A stretch of 64,000 nucleotides of DNA from Macrostomum hystrix (taxonomy: Eukaryota; Animalia; Platyhelminthes), in the NCBI GenBank assembly GCA_950097015.1, contig CATNEN010000034.1, forward strand, positions 2,542,001-2,606,000. Direction: 5' to 3'. Below the pieces are notes generated by a model that saw only the letters and a program-made list of their open reading frames with translations, was not told the origin of the DNA and ran no database searches. Position numbers and translations under genes: made by a program. The stretch's first letter is position 1. Each line of letters starts with the position of its first letter. Shown piece after piece: positions 24,021 to 35,794 of this stretch.

Positions 24021-24935
24021 AATTTTGAGCAGTTCTGAAGCAGATCTTCGCATAAAATAGTTTAACTGACTCGAATTTTCTAGACCATATCGACTTTAGT
24101 ATAGAAATCATGAATCATGACTTGTACACTATGAAAGTAAACTTTTACACGGAATTCTGATAACGTGCGTAACCTATCATGTAATAAACATGCCCTAATG
24201 CAGTTAATAATGGCTATACCATTCCGGTTTTTTCCAGTGCAATCTTCGCTTGTTTGCCTGATGCTGCAAATTTAAACAAAAATGCGATTTCACTTCGCTA
24301 ATGACAACTTTTAGTATTGCTTTAGCACCGCAAGTTGCAACTCCAATCCCATAATGCGTGTGAGGCTTTGGCTGACATTCTGGCCTCTATATTTCTGCAT
24401 GAACGGGCTCTTTTAACATCAGGAAGAATTCGAGTATTACGCAACGGCATATGAGAGGGCTGTGTCCGGGATTGTTGTAAACATTCTTCACGATGCTGGC
24501 AAGACAAGGCCGCGTTGCAGCAGGACACTGCGCCAATGGTCTGATGACCACAGTCTAGTGACTGCGGGGGAACAGATGCGCCCTCCTAGACCTTGACAGA
24601 TGATCGTGCGGAACTGTGAGCTGCAAGGATGGCCTTTAAGAATTCGAAGCTTTCGACTTTGAGTGTTTACCGCTGGCTGGGTGGCAATCAGTGTTCTGCA
24701 AGCTTTTAAGGGATAAATATTTCTGCGGGTCAATCCGCGCAGAGGGTTCTCTATTCGATAAACACAAGTTGTTTCATCTCCGAATGTCACAGTGGGAACA
24801 CTAGAAAAAACAAATTTTATTTTAACTAAGCAGCCTACTGACTACTCGTAGTAGACAGTATAGAAAGCTTACCACCCTTCGTAGAGGACCATGACAGCCT
24901 ATTAAAACCCAATTAAGGTTCCTCGTTAAGTTAAC

Positions 24936-25007
24936 GGGGGTATAGCTCAGTGGTAGAGCATTCGACTGCAGATCGAGAGGTCCTTGGTTCAAATCCGAGT
25001 ACCCCCT
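24936..25007 (+). tRNA. trnC-GCA: tRNA-Cys (GCA)
   Basis: Acceptor stem GGGGGTA/TACCCCC with T discriminator, D arm GCTCAGTGGTAGAGC, anticodon arm TTCGA-CTGCAGA-TCGAG, T loop GGTTCAAATCC; 72 nt, no intron. Confidence 0.97.
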
Positions 25008-25012
25008 AGGAA

Positions 25013-25019
25013 TTTTTTT
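25013..25019 (+). terminator. RNA polymerase III oligo-T terminator of tRNA-Cys
   Basis: T7 run 5 nt after the tRNA 3' end. Confidence 0.85.
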
Positions 25020-25299
25020 GAAATTTTCCCCACTCTATTCAATCAGCTTTGATTGAAGAAACCATTGCTCTTATCCAGCACGAATGCACAATCAGCATTT
25101 CATTTTGGGAGCAGAATTAGCATTCACTACCCACTAGATAAAAATAACTTGAGGCAATGATTACAGAATACAGCACGCCCGTGTTTCCCTTAAGGAACCT
25201 AGCGACATTAAGACATAAACATATGCAAGGATTTAGCAAGAAATAATGATAGGAGGTTGGGATCAAATGTATATTAGGACTGGCTGGGAGGGTAGGTTT

Positions 25300-25612
25300 G
25301 AGTGGGCTAGGAATACATTGGATGGGTAGGCTTGGATTGGCTGGGGTGGCGTTGGGTGGGTTTGGATTGGCTGGGGTGGCGTTGGGTAGGTTTAGATTGG
25401 CTGGGGTGGCGTTGGGTAGGTTTGGATTGGCTGGAGTGGCGTTGGGTAGGTTTAGATTGGCTGGGATGGTATTGAATGGGTTTGGATTGGTTGGGATGGT
25501 ATTGAATGGGTTTGGATTGGCTGGGATGGTATTGAATGGGTTTGGATTGGCTGGGATGGTATTGAATGGGTTTGGATTGGCTGGGATGGTATTGAATGGG
25601 TTTGGATTGCAT
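25300..25612. repeat. 30-bp G/T-rich minisatellite (GGGTTTGGATTGGCTGGGATGGTATTGAAT)
   Basis: About 10 copies, with a sequence gradient from left to right. Confidence 0.9.
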
Positions 25613-26707
25613 TGGACGGATAGGAATAGTTTAGCTTTTGGATTATTGTGTTAATGATTGGATTATTGAAGAAAAATTAGAGGTATCGTTTTTTGACTGG
25701 GTTTGTGGTGAAATATCTTATGTTTATCGTTTATGATGGGCAAGTTTATGTGGGCCTCGTGATCGTTTATGACTTTATAGGCAAGTGATTTTGGTTACAT
25801 GTTTTCGAAGTACCTAAAATATTTTTTATAGCGAAATAAATGCAATCTGAAGTGAAAGTTACTCATTTTAACAAATGATTTTAAAACATTAGGTGAATGT
25901 TGGGTATAGTGGAATAATTACTAAATCTATTGGATAATTCGAGAAGTTCAATCGTTTATTAAAGAATAAAAAAGTGAAAGTGATCGCATCAGAGAAGATA
26001 TTGTTAGAAGCGTTGTACAAAAGCCGCAAACGAATGCAAAGCCCTCTAATTCTCATATCATCGCATGTCGCAACAGAAGTTTTTACAGCTTTTTTAGCTA
26101 TTTGATCAGCGGAATTTTTATCGGAATTTCCCCAGGATTTAAAATTTTCCATCAGCTGCTAGTTCCGTTCTCCGTTTCGTTTGATAATAGATAACGCTTA
26201 ATTTGCGACCATATTTTGACACTAACCATCTTCAGACAAATATGCCGACAAGTGGACTCGCCGCCGAAGGATCAAAAGGGTGCACCGCCCTGACCAAGAC
26301 TAAGGCCAGTGGGGTAATTACCCGATCCATTTAAAAAGCTCGCTTATCAGTATGTTATGTTCTTTACTTAAGGTCTTAGTCCTGGGTTGGGTGCTAGACG
26401 GCCAAGGCCAATCCAAGTGAGGAACCAGTCTTGGCCCTATTTATGTGGAAGGCTTATTTGTGAAGCCCACCTCACACCGCTAAGGGATCCAGGGCTATAA
26501 TTGGTTTGCCCAGCCCCAGCCAGGACTACCCCCAACCCCCACTAGCACGCCACCGCTAGAAAGCACCCCATTTAATCCAAACTGGACTAAATATAACACC
26601 CGAAGCTCTAGCCCGCAAAACGTTTAAGAAGGGAAGCGTTGTTTACTGTTGTTTCACTGTTGTTACTCAGAGACATACAGGAGTCAGGACCTACACTAGA
26701 AGTAAAG

Positions 26708-26836
26708 ATGGCCAACAACCGCGAAATCGACACGTTCGACTTAATTGACTTGGTCAATGCGCTCCCGAGTTGCAAGCGCGGCAGGCCCATCCTGAAAAGA
26801 AACGGCTGCTTTGACTGGGATGATGTAGTTATCCAA
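26708..26836 (+). CDS. Candidate orphan first coding exon (MANNREIDTFDLIDLVNALPSCKRGRPILKRNGCFDWDDVVIQ), possibly an alternative RBFOX start
   Basis: AAGATGG start context, 43 open codons with exon-like GC content, strong phase-0 donor CAA|GTGAGT; no recognised homology. Confidence 0.35.
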
Positions 26837-28505
26837 GTGAGTGATTAAGTGATTTATGCCGCATTTGCTTGCTGTGCACAACAAATACATTGTGTCATGC
26901 TCTTAGGGTTTTTTGACTCCAGTTTTTATGGTGCTAATATTGGAGTTTTCAGCCAAAATTATAGTACAACACTCTACACAAGACAGTTAAGGCAGTCAAC
27001 GACTGTATGCAATCTATCGCCCCTCATTCTGCACTGTAAATAGACCAGACTGATGGGAAATGGGGGTCGTTCTATTGATTATGCTAGACAATGACAATAG
27101 AGTGGATAGATAGGGTAGTGCTCAAATCTGAGTTACTATCGCCACGTCACTTGATAGTTAATGAAAGCGGTCAAAAGCCAATATAATGGTTGATTAACTG
27201 ACCATTGTTTTCATGCATGCTTTAATTAGATTCTCGGCAAGCGCTAGTGAATCAATCAAGAAGTCTGCTAGAATCTTTGGCATTGCGATTCTGGATTCCC
27301 GGGAAAAAACGTGGGATTTTTAAAGTGATTTATTTCGGGATTTCCGGGTACTTAAATCATCTTGTATTTCCGACATTAAAATTCCCAGATCCCCGGATTT
27401 GGGATTTCCCGAGATTGATAGGGGGTCGAGTAATTGCAATCCCAATCTCAGATAGGGGAAATCTAAGGATGTTAAAATCGTTTCATAATATTTATACTTA
27501 TTCCTCATAGTCTATAATGTATATCAGTGTTAACGACGTGAGTATTGAATATAAATGGCAGACCACTACCAGTACCCAGAAGCCAGAACTTGGCTTCTTT
27601 ACTGGCTCCAGAGCCAGAAGAAATCATCGCATTCTTTTATAGTCTCAGTCGCGTCCTAAAGCCCTCCTTCACATCACTATCCAGCTAGCCAGTCATGCGT
27701 TACGAGTCCAACGTCACGACTCGTGCATGGAAATCATTCATGGATTAGAGTTTAAGCTAACCAGAGTCCCAGACTGCAGCAGAAGAGGCTCATTTAGTTA
27801 GTTGGCAAAGCAAGAGGCAAAAAGCGAAATGACTGACGAGTCCTTAGCCTCACTTGGTTTGGGTTAGAGGTTTCTTCTCTTCTCTTGCTAAATTCCAATT
27901 TGCCCAGACCAGACCAGACTCCGTGGCCGGGCTAAGTTCCGTTCAAAAGCTGATGGATGGGTGACGGACCGGAGATCCACAATCTACGCAAATGTGTGTG
28001 CGTGGCGTGGCAGGCAAGCACCTCACCAACCCCTCGAAGCTCTTCTCTCACCAGACTCCTCGAACCAGCCCCCCTCGCGGGAGCGGGGTGTGGAATCACA
28101 ACTGTACATCCCGCTGACACCAGTGTCCGCAAAACACGCCATGTTCACTCCCGTCCGCGCCAAATAAGGATCTGGTGTAGGGGGGTCTATTTCCGATTCC
28201 AGCACTTGTACAAACTTCTTACCCCTGCTATTCCCAATCCCCTCTCCTGTCTATCCTCAAGCTCGCTTTTTGGGTTCTAAAACTAAAGCGTTGGGTGGGA
28301 GACACAGAAGGGAAGGGGAGGGCCTGAAATCGGATTGGATGAAGCTCGTTTTATGGCAGGGAAGGCCCCTTCCACCTATTCACCCCAGGCCCCCCCAGCT
28401 AAGTTTTCCCTTCAATTGCACCCCCTCAGAAGTCTCCGAAGTCTCAGCTAGTGTGATAAAAAATAGGAAAAAGAAGCAAAACAAAATAAGTCTGTTAAAA
28501 AGAAA

Positions 28506-31500
28506 ATGTCTAGCTTTCCATTGCTGCTCCCAAACTTCGATTTAACTCGAATCCAACAACAGCATCAACAACAACAGCAGCAGCAACAGCAGGAGCAGCT
28601 GCTGCATAGCCTTCTGTGCAATGGCGCGCCTCCACTAGATGAGTCAGCGCTTCACTTAACCAACAGAATGTGGATGTTGCTTGCCACGGTAAAGATTGCT
28701 GACTAAAGGATTCCATGTAGAATTCGTAATCAAAGCCAAGCTCTTGCATTAGGCGACTGCGACTCGAATCTTCGCTTTCTTACCTGGCCTTTCCTGATCC
28801 TATCGTTAAACTTTGAAAATCAATTTTAAACCACCGACCGAATCTTGCATTGCAGCAGATGAATCCAGAGACATCAACTGGGTCGGCGGCTGTCACACCT
28901 GCACCGACTGTCAGTGGTAGCAGCAAGCCCGAGTCTGCCGCTTCCCCAAAGGTAAAAAACTATAAATGGATTTCTTAGATCCTAGATTACTTTCGTCTTT
29001 CACTCAGTAATTAGCAACGGGTTCAAAATCTTCCAAGAATGAGCCCTTGAGTTTCAGTCAATGAAATGATAGGAATTCCAATTTTCCCACATCAAACAGA
29101 GCAAGTCGCCGCCCAATTGTCAGAAGCGACTGCACGTGAGCAACATACCGTTCAAATTCCGAGAAAGCGACCTGCACCAGCTTCTGGGGGTGAGTTTTCC
29201 TTAGTGATGCCAAATTCTCATAAACATGCTGACTTTCTGGTCCCAAAATTATATTCCAACACAGTTCCAGTCTCCGGGTTATCCCAGCGAAAGGGATTTC
29301 GAACCCCCTTGAGAATTAAACAGGTTTTATCCAAGCTCCAAAATCCCATTGGAATTAAACTGGGGTTTTCATACTAGATCCGAAACGCCATTGGAATAGA
29401 ACTTGTTTTTTATCGCAGTGCCAAAACCCAAAAGGAATTATAAACAGTGTTTTTATCCCAACTCCGCAATCCCAAACGAATTATAAACAGTGTTTTTATC
29501 CCAACTCCGCAATCCCAAACGAATTATAAACTGTGTTTTTATCCCAACTCCGCAATCCCAAACGAATTATAAACAGTGTTTTTATCCCAACTCCGCAATC
29601 CCAAACGAATTATAAACAGTGTTTTTATCCCAACTCCGCAATCCCAAATGAATTATAAACTGTGTTTTTATCCCAACTCCGCAATCCCAAACGAATTATA
29701 AACAGTGTTTTTATCCCAACTATGAAATCTTAAAGGAATTATAAACTGTGTTTTTATCCCAACTCTGAAATCCCAAAGGAATTATAAACAGTGTTTTTAT
29801 CCCAACTCTGAAATCCCAAAGGAACTATAAACTGTTTTTATCCCAACTCTGAAATCCCAAACGAATTATAAACTGTGTTTTTATCCCAACTCCGCAATCC
29901 CAAACGAATTATAAACAGTGTTTTTATCCCAACTCCGCAATCCCAAACGAATTATAAACAGTGTTTTTATCCCAACTCCGCAATCCCAAATGAATTATAA
30001 ACTGTGTTTTTATCCCAACTCCGCAATCCCAAACGAATTATAAACAGTGTTTTTATCCCAACTCCGCAATCCCAAACGAATTATAAACTGTGTTTTTATC
30101 CCAACTCCGCAATCCCAAACGAATTATAAACAGTGTTTTTATCCCAACTCCGCAATCCCAAACGAATTATAAACAGTGTTTTTATCCCAACTCCGCAATC
30201 CCAAATGAATTATAAACTGTGTTTTTATCCCAACTCCGCAATCCCAAACGAATTATAAACAGTGTTTTTATCCCAACTATGAAATCTTAAAGGAATTATA
30301 AACTGTGTTTTTATCCCAACTCTGAAATCCCAAAGGAATTATAAACAGTGTTTTTATCCCAACTCTGAAATCCCAAAGGAACTATAAACTGTTTTTATCC
30401 CAACTCTGAAATCCCAAGGGAATTATAAACAGTGTTTTTATCCCAACTCTGAAATTCAATTGAAATAGATAGAACCGCTTTACCAAAATTTGAAATCATC
30501 CCATTTGAATCGAAGTGTTCTATCCTTGATCCGAAATCCTTGGGAATTGAACATTTTTATCACAACTCTGAAATCCCATGGGAATCAAGTGTCTCTCCCT
30601 TCAAAAATCCAACTATATTCCAATTGAAATCACTTCAAATCCATTTATTCGACATTTTGCGATCTCGATCTAGTCTTAATCATACAGGTGGGAGCGTAAT
30701 TTTCGTAATTAGCAATTTTGTTGGAGTTCGTGCTTCAATGATATTAAAATTGAAATACTTTATTAAGTATTTCAATAAAATACTTTAAAAAACTTAAAAA
30801 ACATTATTAAAATACTTTAAAAATGTTTTTAGCCGTTCGGTGAAATTATGGACGTTGAGATCATCTACAACGACCGCGGCTCCAAGGTGAGCTTTTAAAT
30901 AGCCAATTTATTTTACTCCATGCTGAGTAGCAATCCCTGAGATTTTATCCCACCCCATTCATCCAATCATCCCTTAGATTCTACCTATCCATCCCATTCA
31001 TCCCTTAGATTCTACCTATCCACCCCATTCATCCCTTAGATTCTACCTATCCAACCCATTCATACCTTAGATTCTACCCCATCCCATTCATCCCTTAGAT
31101 TCTACCCCATCCCATTCATCCCTTAGATTCTACCCCATCCCATTCATCCCTTATATTCTACCCCATCCCATTCATCCCTTATATTCTACCCCATCCCATT
31201 CATCCCTTAGATTCTACCCCATTCCATTCATCCCTTATATTCTACCTATCCATCCCATTCATCCCTTAGATTCTACCCCATCCCATTCATCCCTTAGATT
31301 CTACCCCATCCCATTCATCCCTTATATTCTACCCCATCCCATTCATCCCTTAGATTCTACCCCATCCCATTCATCCCTTAGATTCTACCCCATCCCATTC
31401 ATCCCTTAGATTCTACCCCATCCCATTCATCCCTTAGATTCTACCCCATCCCATTCATCCCTTAGATTCTACCCCATCCCATTCATCCCTTATATTCTAC

Positions 31501-33382
31501 CCCATCCCATTCATCCCTTAGATTCTACCCCATCCCATTCATCCCTTATATTCTACCCCATCCCATTCATCCCTTAGATTCTACCCCATCCCATTCATCC
31601 CTTAGATTCTGCCCCATCCCATTCATCCCTTAGATTCTACCCCATTCCATTCATCCCTTAGATTCTACCTATCCATCCCATTCATCCCTTAGATTCTACC
31701 CCATCCCATTCATCCCTTAGATTCTGCCCCATCCCATTCATCCCTTAGATTCTACCCCATCCCATTCATCCCTTAGATTCTACCTATCCATCCCATTCAT
31801 CCCTTAGATTCTACCTATCCCAATTATCCCTTATATTCTACCCCATCCCATTCATCCCTTAGATTCTACCTATCCATCCTATTCATCCCTTATATTCTAC
31901 CCCATCCCATTCATCCCTTAGATTCTACCTATCCATCCCATTCATCCCTTAGATTCTACCTATCCCAATTATCCCTTATATTCTACCCCATCCCATTCAT
32001 CCCTTAGATTCTACCCCATCCCATTCATCCCTTAGATTCTGCCCCATCCCATTCATCCCTTAGATTCTACCCCATTCCATTCATCCCTTAGATTCTACCT
32101 ATCCCAATTATCCCTTAGATTCTACCCCACCCCATTCATCCCTTAGATTCTACCCCATTACATTCATCCCTTAGATTGTTCCCACCCGATTCATCCCTAT
32201 TCCATTAGATTGCCATTCTTAGTTTTTTAATTACAATCCTGTCATTCTCCCAAGAACATTTCAATCCGCAAGTAGTGCATAACAGCCAAATCCCAAGTTC
32301 TCAGCCGCACAATCGTCCATCCTATTCCACTCCATCCTATTCCTATTAGGGATTTGGCTTTGTCACCTTTGTAAACGCCTGCGATGCCGATGAAGCCAGA
32401 GAGAAGCTGAACGGAATCGTCCTTGACGGCCGCAAGATTGAGGTAAGTATGGTATTTGGGAGGCCGTACGTGCTAAGAAAAGTCTGTCAATTTTTTTTGG
32501 AGGCTAGCTAAGTTTCAGGAGCAGTATTGGTAGACTATCGGTTTCTGGAGAGTGCACAGCTGCACTCATTAAAAGGCACAGTGGCTAATTCGCTTGATCA
32601 CAGCACATCCCGTATTGAACAACTGTTGGAGCGGCATCAGTGCCCCAACTCATTTTGCGCCCCTGAGATTAAATCATAACGCCAGTGCAACTGCCTAATG
32701 AATAGAAAGTTAGGGCTGATGCACATCTGACACAGGTGTGTGAGCATGCCACAGCCACATACGGCACTTGCGGATAAGCTTATTTCATTATCCGCCACAC
32801 CAGTTTCACATTATGACCCGTTAGTATAGTAAAATAGAACATCAATACCTCATTCCAGGTTAATTACGCCACTGCCCGTGTTGCGCACAAGAAAAAGGAC
32901 TCCCAAATTCCGTTGAATGGTAAGATCTCTAAAGCAAAATGTGTCGCTAAAAACTCAATTGACCACATCAATTTTAGTCCTCACCTTGTCAACTAAATCC
33001 AATCACAGGTGTCAGCTTTCATAACCTGACGGCGCAACTGACCACCCTGCCGCCACACCAGCCTACGGCTCAGGCGCAGCCACACATGCTGGTGCAGTAC
33101 CCGCCCACCAGTCAGCAGCAGCCGCTGTATCAGTTCCCACTGCCGCCCCAGCAAATGCTGTCCATGCCGCCGCCGCCGCTACCGCAGGTCATGCTGCCCC
33201 AGCAACAGCCTCTGCCAGCCTACCTGGCCACAGGTGGGCACAATCACCTGGCTATTGCCTACCTGAATGCTGCCGCAGCGGCCGGAGGCGCCGCTCTAAA
33301 CCCGGCCGTGTTCCGCGGCGGCCTGCTGCACCACCAGCAGCAGAGGTTCGCGCCCTACGTACGCCAGCAGTTCAACTACTGA
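28506..33382 (+). CDS. RBFOX: RNA-binding Fox-1 homolog (RBFOX) splicing regulator, ~316 aa
   Basis: Exons 28506-28688, 28856-28951, 29100-29189, 30833-30886, 32350-32442, 32859-32919, 33009-33382 total 951 nt, in frame. Diagnostic RRM: KRLHVSNIPFKFRESDL..PFGEIMDVEIIYNDRGSK|GFGFVTF..DADEAREKLNG..DGRKIE|VNYATARV. RFAPY lies near the C-terminus. The first exon (poly-Q) is less certain than the RRM exons. Confidence 0.92.
29430..30450. repeat. 43-bp minisatellite (TTATAAACAGTGTTTTTATCCCAACTCCGCAATCCCAAACGAA) in RBFOX intron 3
   Basis: About 24 copies, with a duplicated block of variants (TATGAAATCTTAAAGG near 29720 and 30280). Confidence 0.95.
30950..32180. repeat. 28-bp minisatellite (CCCATCCCATTCATCCCTTAGATTCTAC) in RBFOX intron 4
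   Basis: About 43 copies filling most of the intron between the 54-nt and 93-nt RRM exons. Confidence 0.95.
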
Positions 33383-34116
33383 AGGCCTCTCTAAACTGCT
33401 GATAGGTTTCAACTCCTATTGCTAGCTGACGGTCTCAAAGCGAAAGTGTATTTAGTTGTCATTGGCAACCGAGTTTTTCGTGTCTCTTTTTGAACTGCGC
33501 CGCATTCGTAGATAATATTTAGTAATGAAATACGAATCAACAAAGGTTGCTATGTAATACTCAGATGCAGGTGTGGCTATGATGACGCCTGTCCGATTTT
33601 TTTCTACGAAATCTTTGCTTCCACAGAAGTAGCAGATCTGGCTGAGCAGCTGTTTGTATTGTTCTATAGCTTCTGAACATAGCTATAGTCTATGTTTCCT
33701 GTTGTGTATTCTTTATTCAAAGTGCAGCTTTTCAGCATTTTTGTACCTGTCAAATTTCTATTTACGTCTGAATGTTTCTATGGCATCTCATTTTTATTAA
33801 TTGTAGCAATTTTTTCTACTCGCCTGCTAATTTGTTTGTTTTTATTGGTGACGGTTCTCAGCCCTAGTAATTTACTTGATTTTTTACTATCTGGTACAAC
33901 CAGTGCACCTGGAACTGGTGTACCTCTTTGTAAGGCGGGTTTCTCATTGCATATCAATTTTAATGCATCTTTGTCGTTAATCTTACCTGGGGCAAGTTGT
34001 GTCCGTGCATTGAAAGTGGATCTGGCAACTCAATTTTATGCTGTTCTTTTGTGCTCGGAATGTTTCGAAACTTTTGTATCCGAAATTTAGATTTTATAAA
34101 CTCAATATTTTCAAAA

Positions 34117-35242
34117 TTCCGATTCCGAAACTCTCGGATTTGAAAGTTCCGATTCCAAAGCTCTCGGATTTGAAAGTTCCGATTCCGAAACTCTCGGATT
34201 TGAAAGTTCCGATTCCGAATCTCTCGGATTTGAAAGTTCCGATTCCGAAACTCTCGGATTTGAAAGTTCCGATTCCAAAGCTCTCGGATTTGAAAGTTCC
34301 GATTCCGAAACTCTCGGATTTGAAAGTTCCGATTCCGAATCTCTCGGATTTGAAAGTTCCGATTCCGAATCTCTCGGATTTGAAAGTTCCGATTCCGAAA
34401 CTCTCGGATTTGAAAGTTCCGATTCCGAAACTCTCGGATTTGAAAGTTCCGATTCCAAAACTCTCGGATTTGAAAGTTCCGATTCCGAAACTCACGGATT
34501 TGAAAGTTCCGATTCCGAAACTCTCGGATTTGAAAGTTCCGATTCCAAAGCTCTCGGATTTGAAAGTTCCGATTCCAAAGCTCTCGGATTTGAAAGTTCC
34601 GATTCCGAAACTCTCGGATTTGAAAGTTCCGATTCCGAAACTCTCGGATTTGAAAGTTCCGATTCCGAAACTCTCGGATTTGAAAGTTCCGATTCCAAAA
34701 CTCTCGGATTTGAAAGTTCCGATTCCAAAACTCTCGGATTTGAAAGTTCCGATTCCAAAGCTCTCGGATTTGAAAGTTCCGATTCCAAAACTCTCGGATT
34801 TGAAAGTTCCGATTCCAAAGCTCTCGGATTTGAAAGTTCCGATTCCAAAACTCTCGGATTTGAAAGTTCCGATTCCAAAACTCTCGGATTTGAAAGTTCC
34901 GATTCCAAAGCTCTCGGATTTGAAAGTTCCGATTCCAAAACTCTCGGATTTGAAAGTTCCGATTATGAAACTCTCGGATTTGAAAGTTCCGATTCCGAAA
35001 CTCACGGATTTGAAAGTTCCGATTCCGAAACTCTCGGATTTGAAAGTTCCGATTCCAAAACTCTCGGATTTGAAAGTTCCGATTATGAAACTCTCGGATT
35101 TGAAAGTTCCGATTCCGAAACTCACGGATTTGAAAGTTCCGATTCCGAAACTCTCGGATTTGAAAGTTCCGATTCCAAAGCTCTCGGATTTGAAAGTTCC
35201 GATTCCGAAACTCTCGGATTTGAAAGTTCCGATTCCGAATCT
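34117..35242. repeat. 30-bp minisatellite (GATTCCGAAACTCTCGGATTTGAAAGTTCC) downstream of RBFOX
   Basis: About 37 copies; internal TCCGA/TCGGA dyad; source of the 409-aa and 343-aa repeat ORFs. Confidence 0.97.
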
Positions 35243-35794
35243 CTTGTTTGACTATAAAAAATTCTGAGATTTAAAACGAGTTCCGAACTTTAATCTAGCC
35301 TATGAAATTTAATTTTCCGCATCCGCTCAGCACTTAAACTTGCTTGTCAGTTTTTTCTCATTTTTACCTGTCAACTTGCAACAGTTCGTGCAGCTTTATC
35401 TTATTGATAAGCTTGAAACTCAGCTTGCCTGTATTTCTCTCTGTCGTGCATTCATGTCTGTATCTGTCTGTCTAAATCTAAATGACAGATTTGCCTCAAT
35501 TTTCATAATTCGAAACAATGGCCATTTAAGAAGCATCTGTCCCACATTTTTATTTGTCATTGGCCTTTCCAAATTGTTTTGTACATTTTTACTTTCTGGC
35601 CAAGTTCGCGAGAATCGATATTAAAATAAATATTTATTGAATAAACTCCTACTCCGATGCTGTTTGGTGCGCAATGATGTCCAGTTCCGACAGTACTTGC
35701 AACTTGATAATCGGAACATTTGTCAACTGAGTGATTCATAACTTAAAATGAAGAATAAATAACTTTCAGGGAAATTAATTAATTTTCTCCAACT

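Noticed and set aside
24535-24580. CTGATGA followed by a hairpin (possible hammerhead or C/D-box RNA)
   Set aside because: The stem is followed by GGGAAC rather than GAAA, and I found no matching stems I/III or convincing D box and terminal stem.
30950-32180. Telomere-like repeat
   Set aside because: The unit contains CCCTTAG, not tandem CCCTAA/TTAGGG; it is an ordinary 28-bp minisatellite.
34038-35267. 409-aa (+) and 343-aa (-) ORFs
   Set aside because: These are translations of a 30-bp tandem repeat that happens to lack stops in those frames; there is no non-repetitive domain or splice support.
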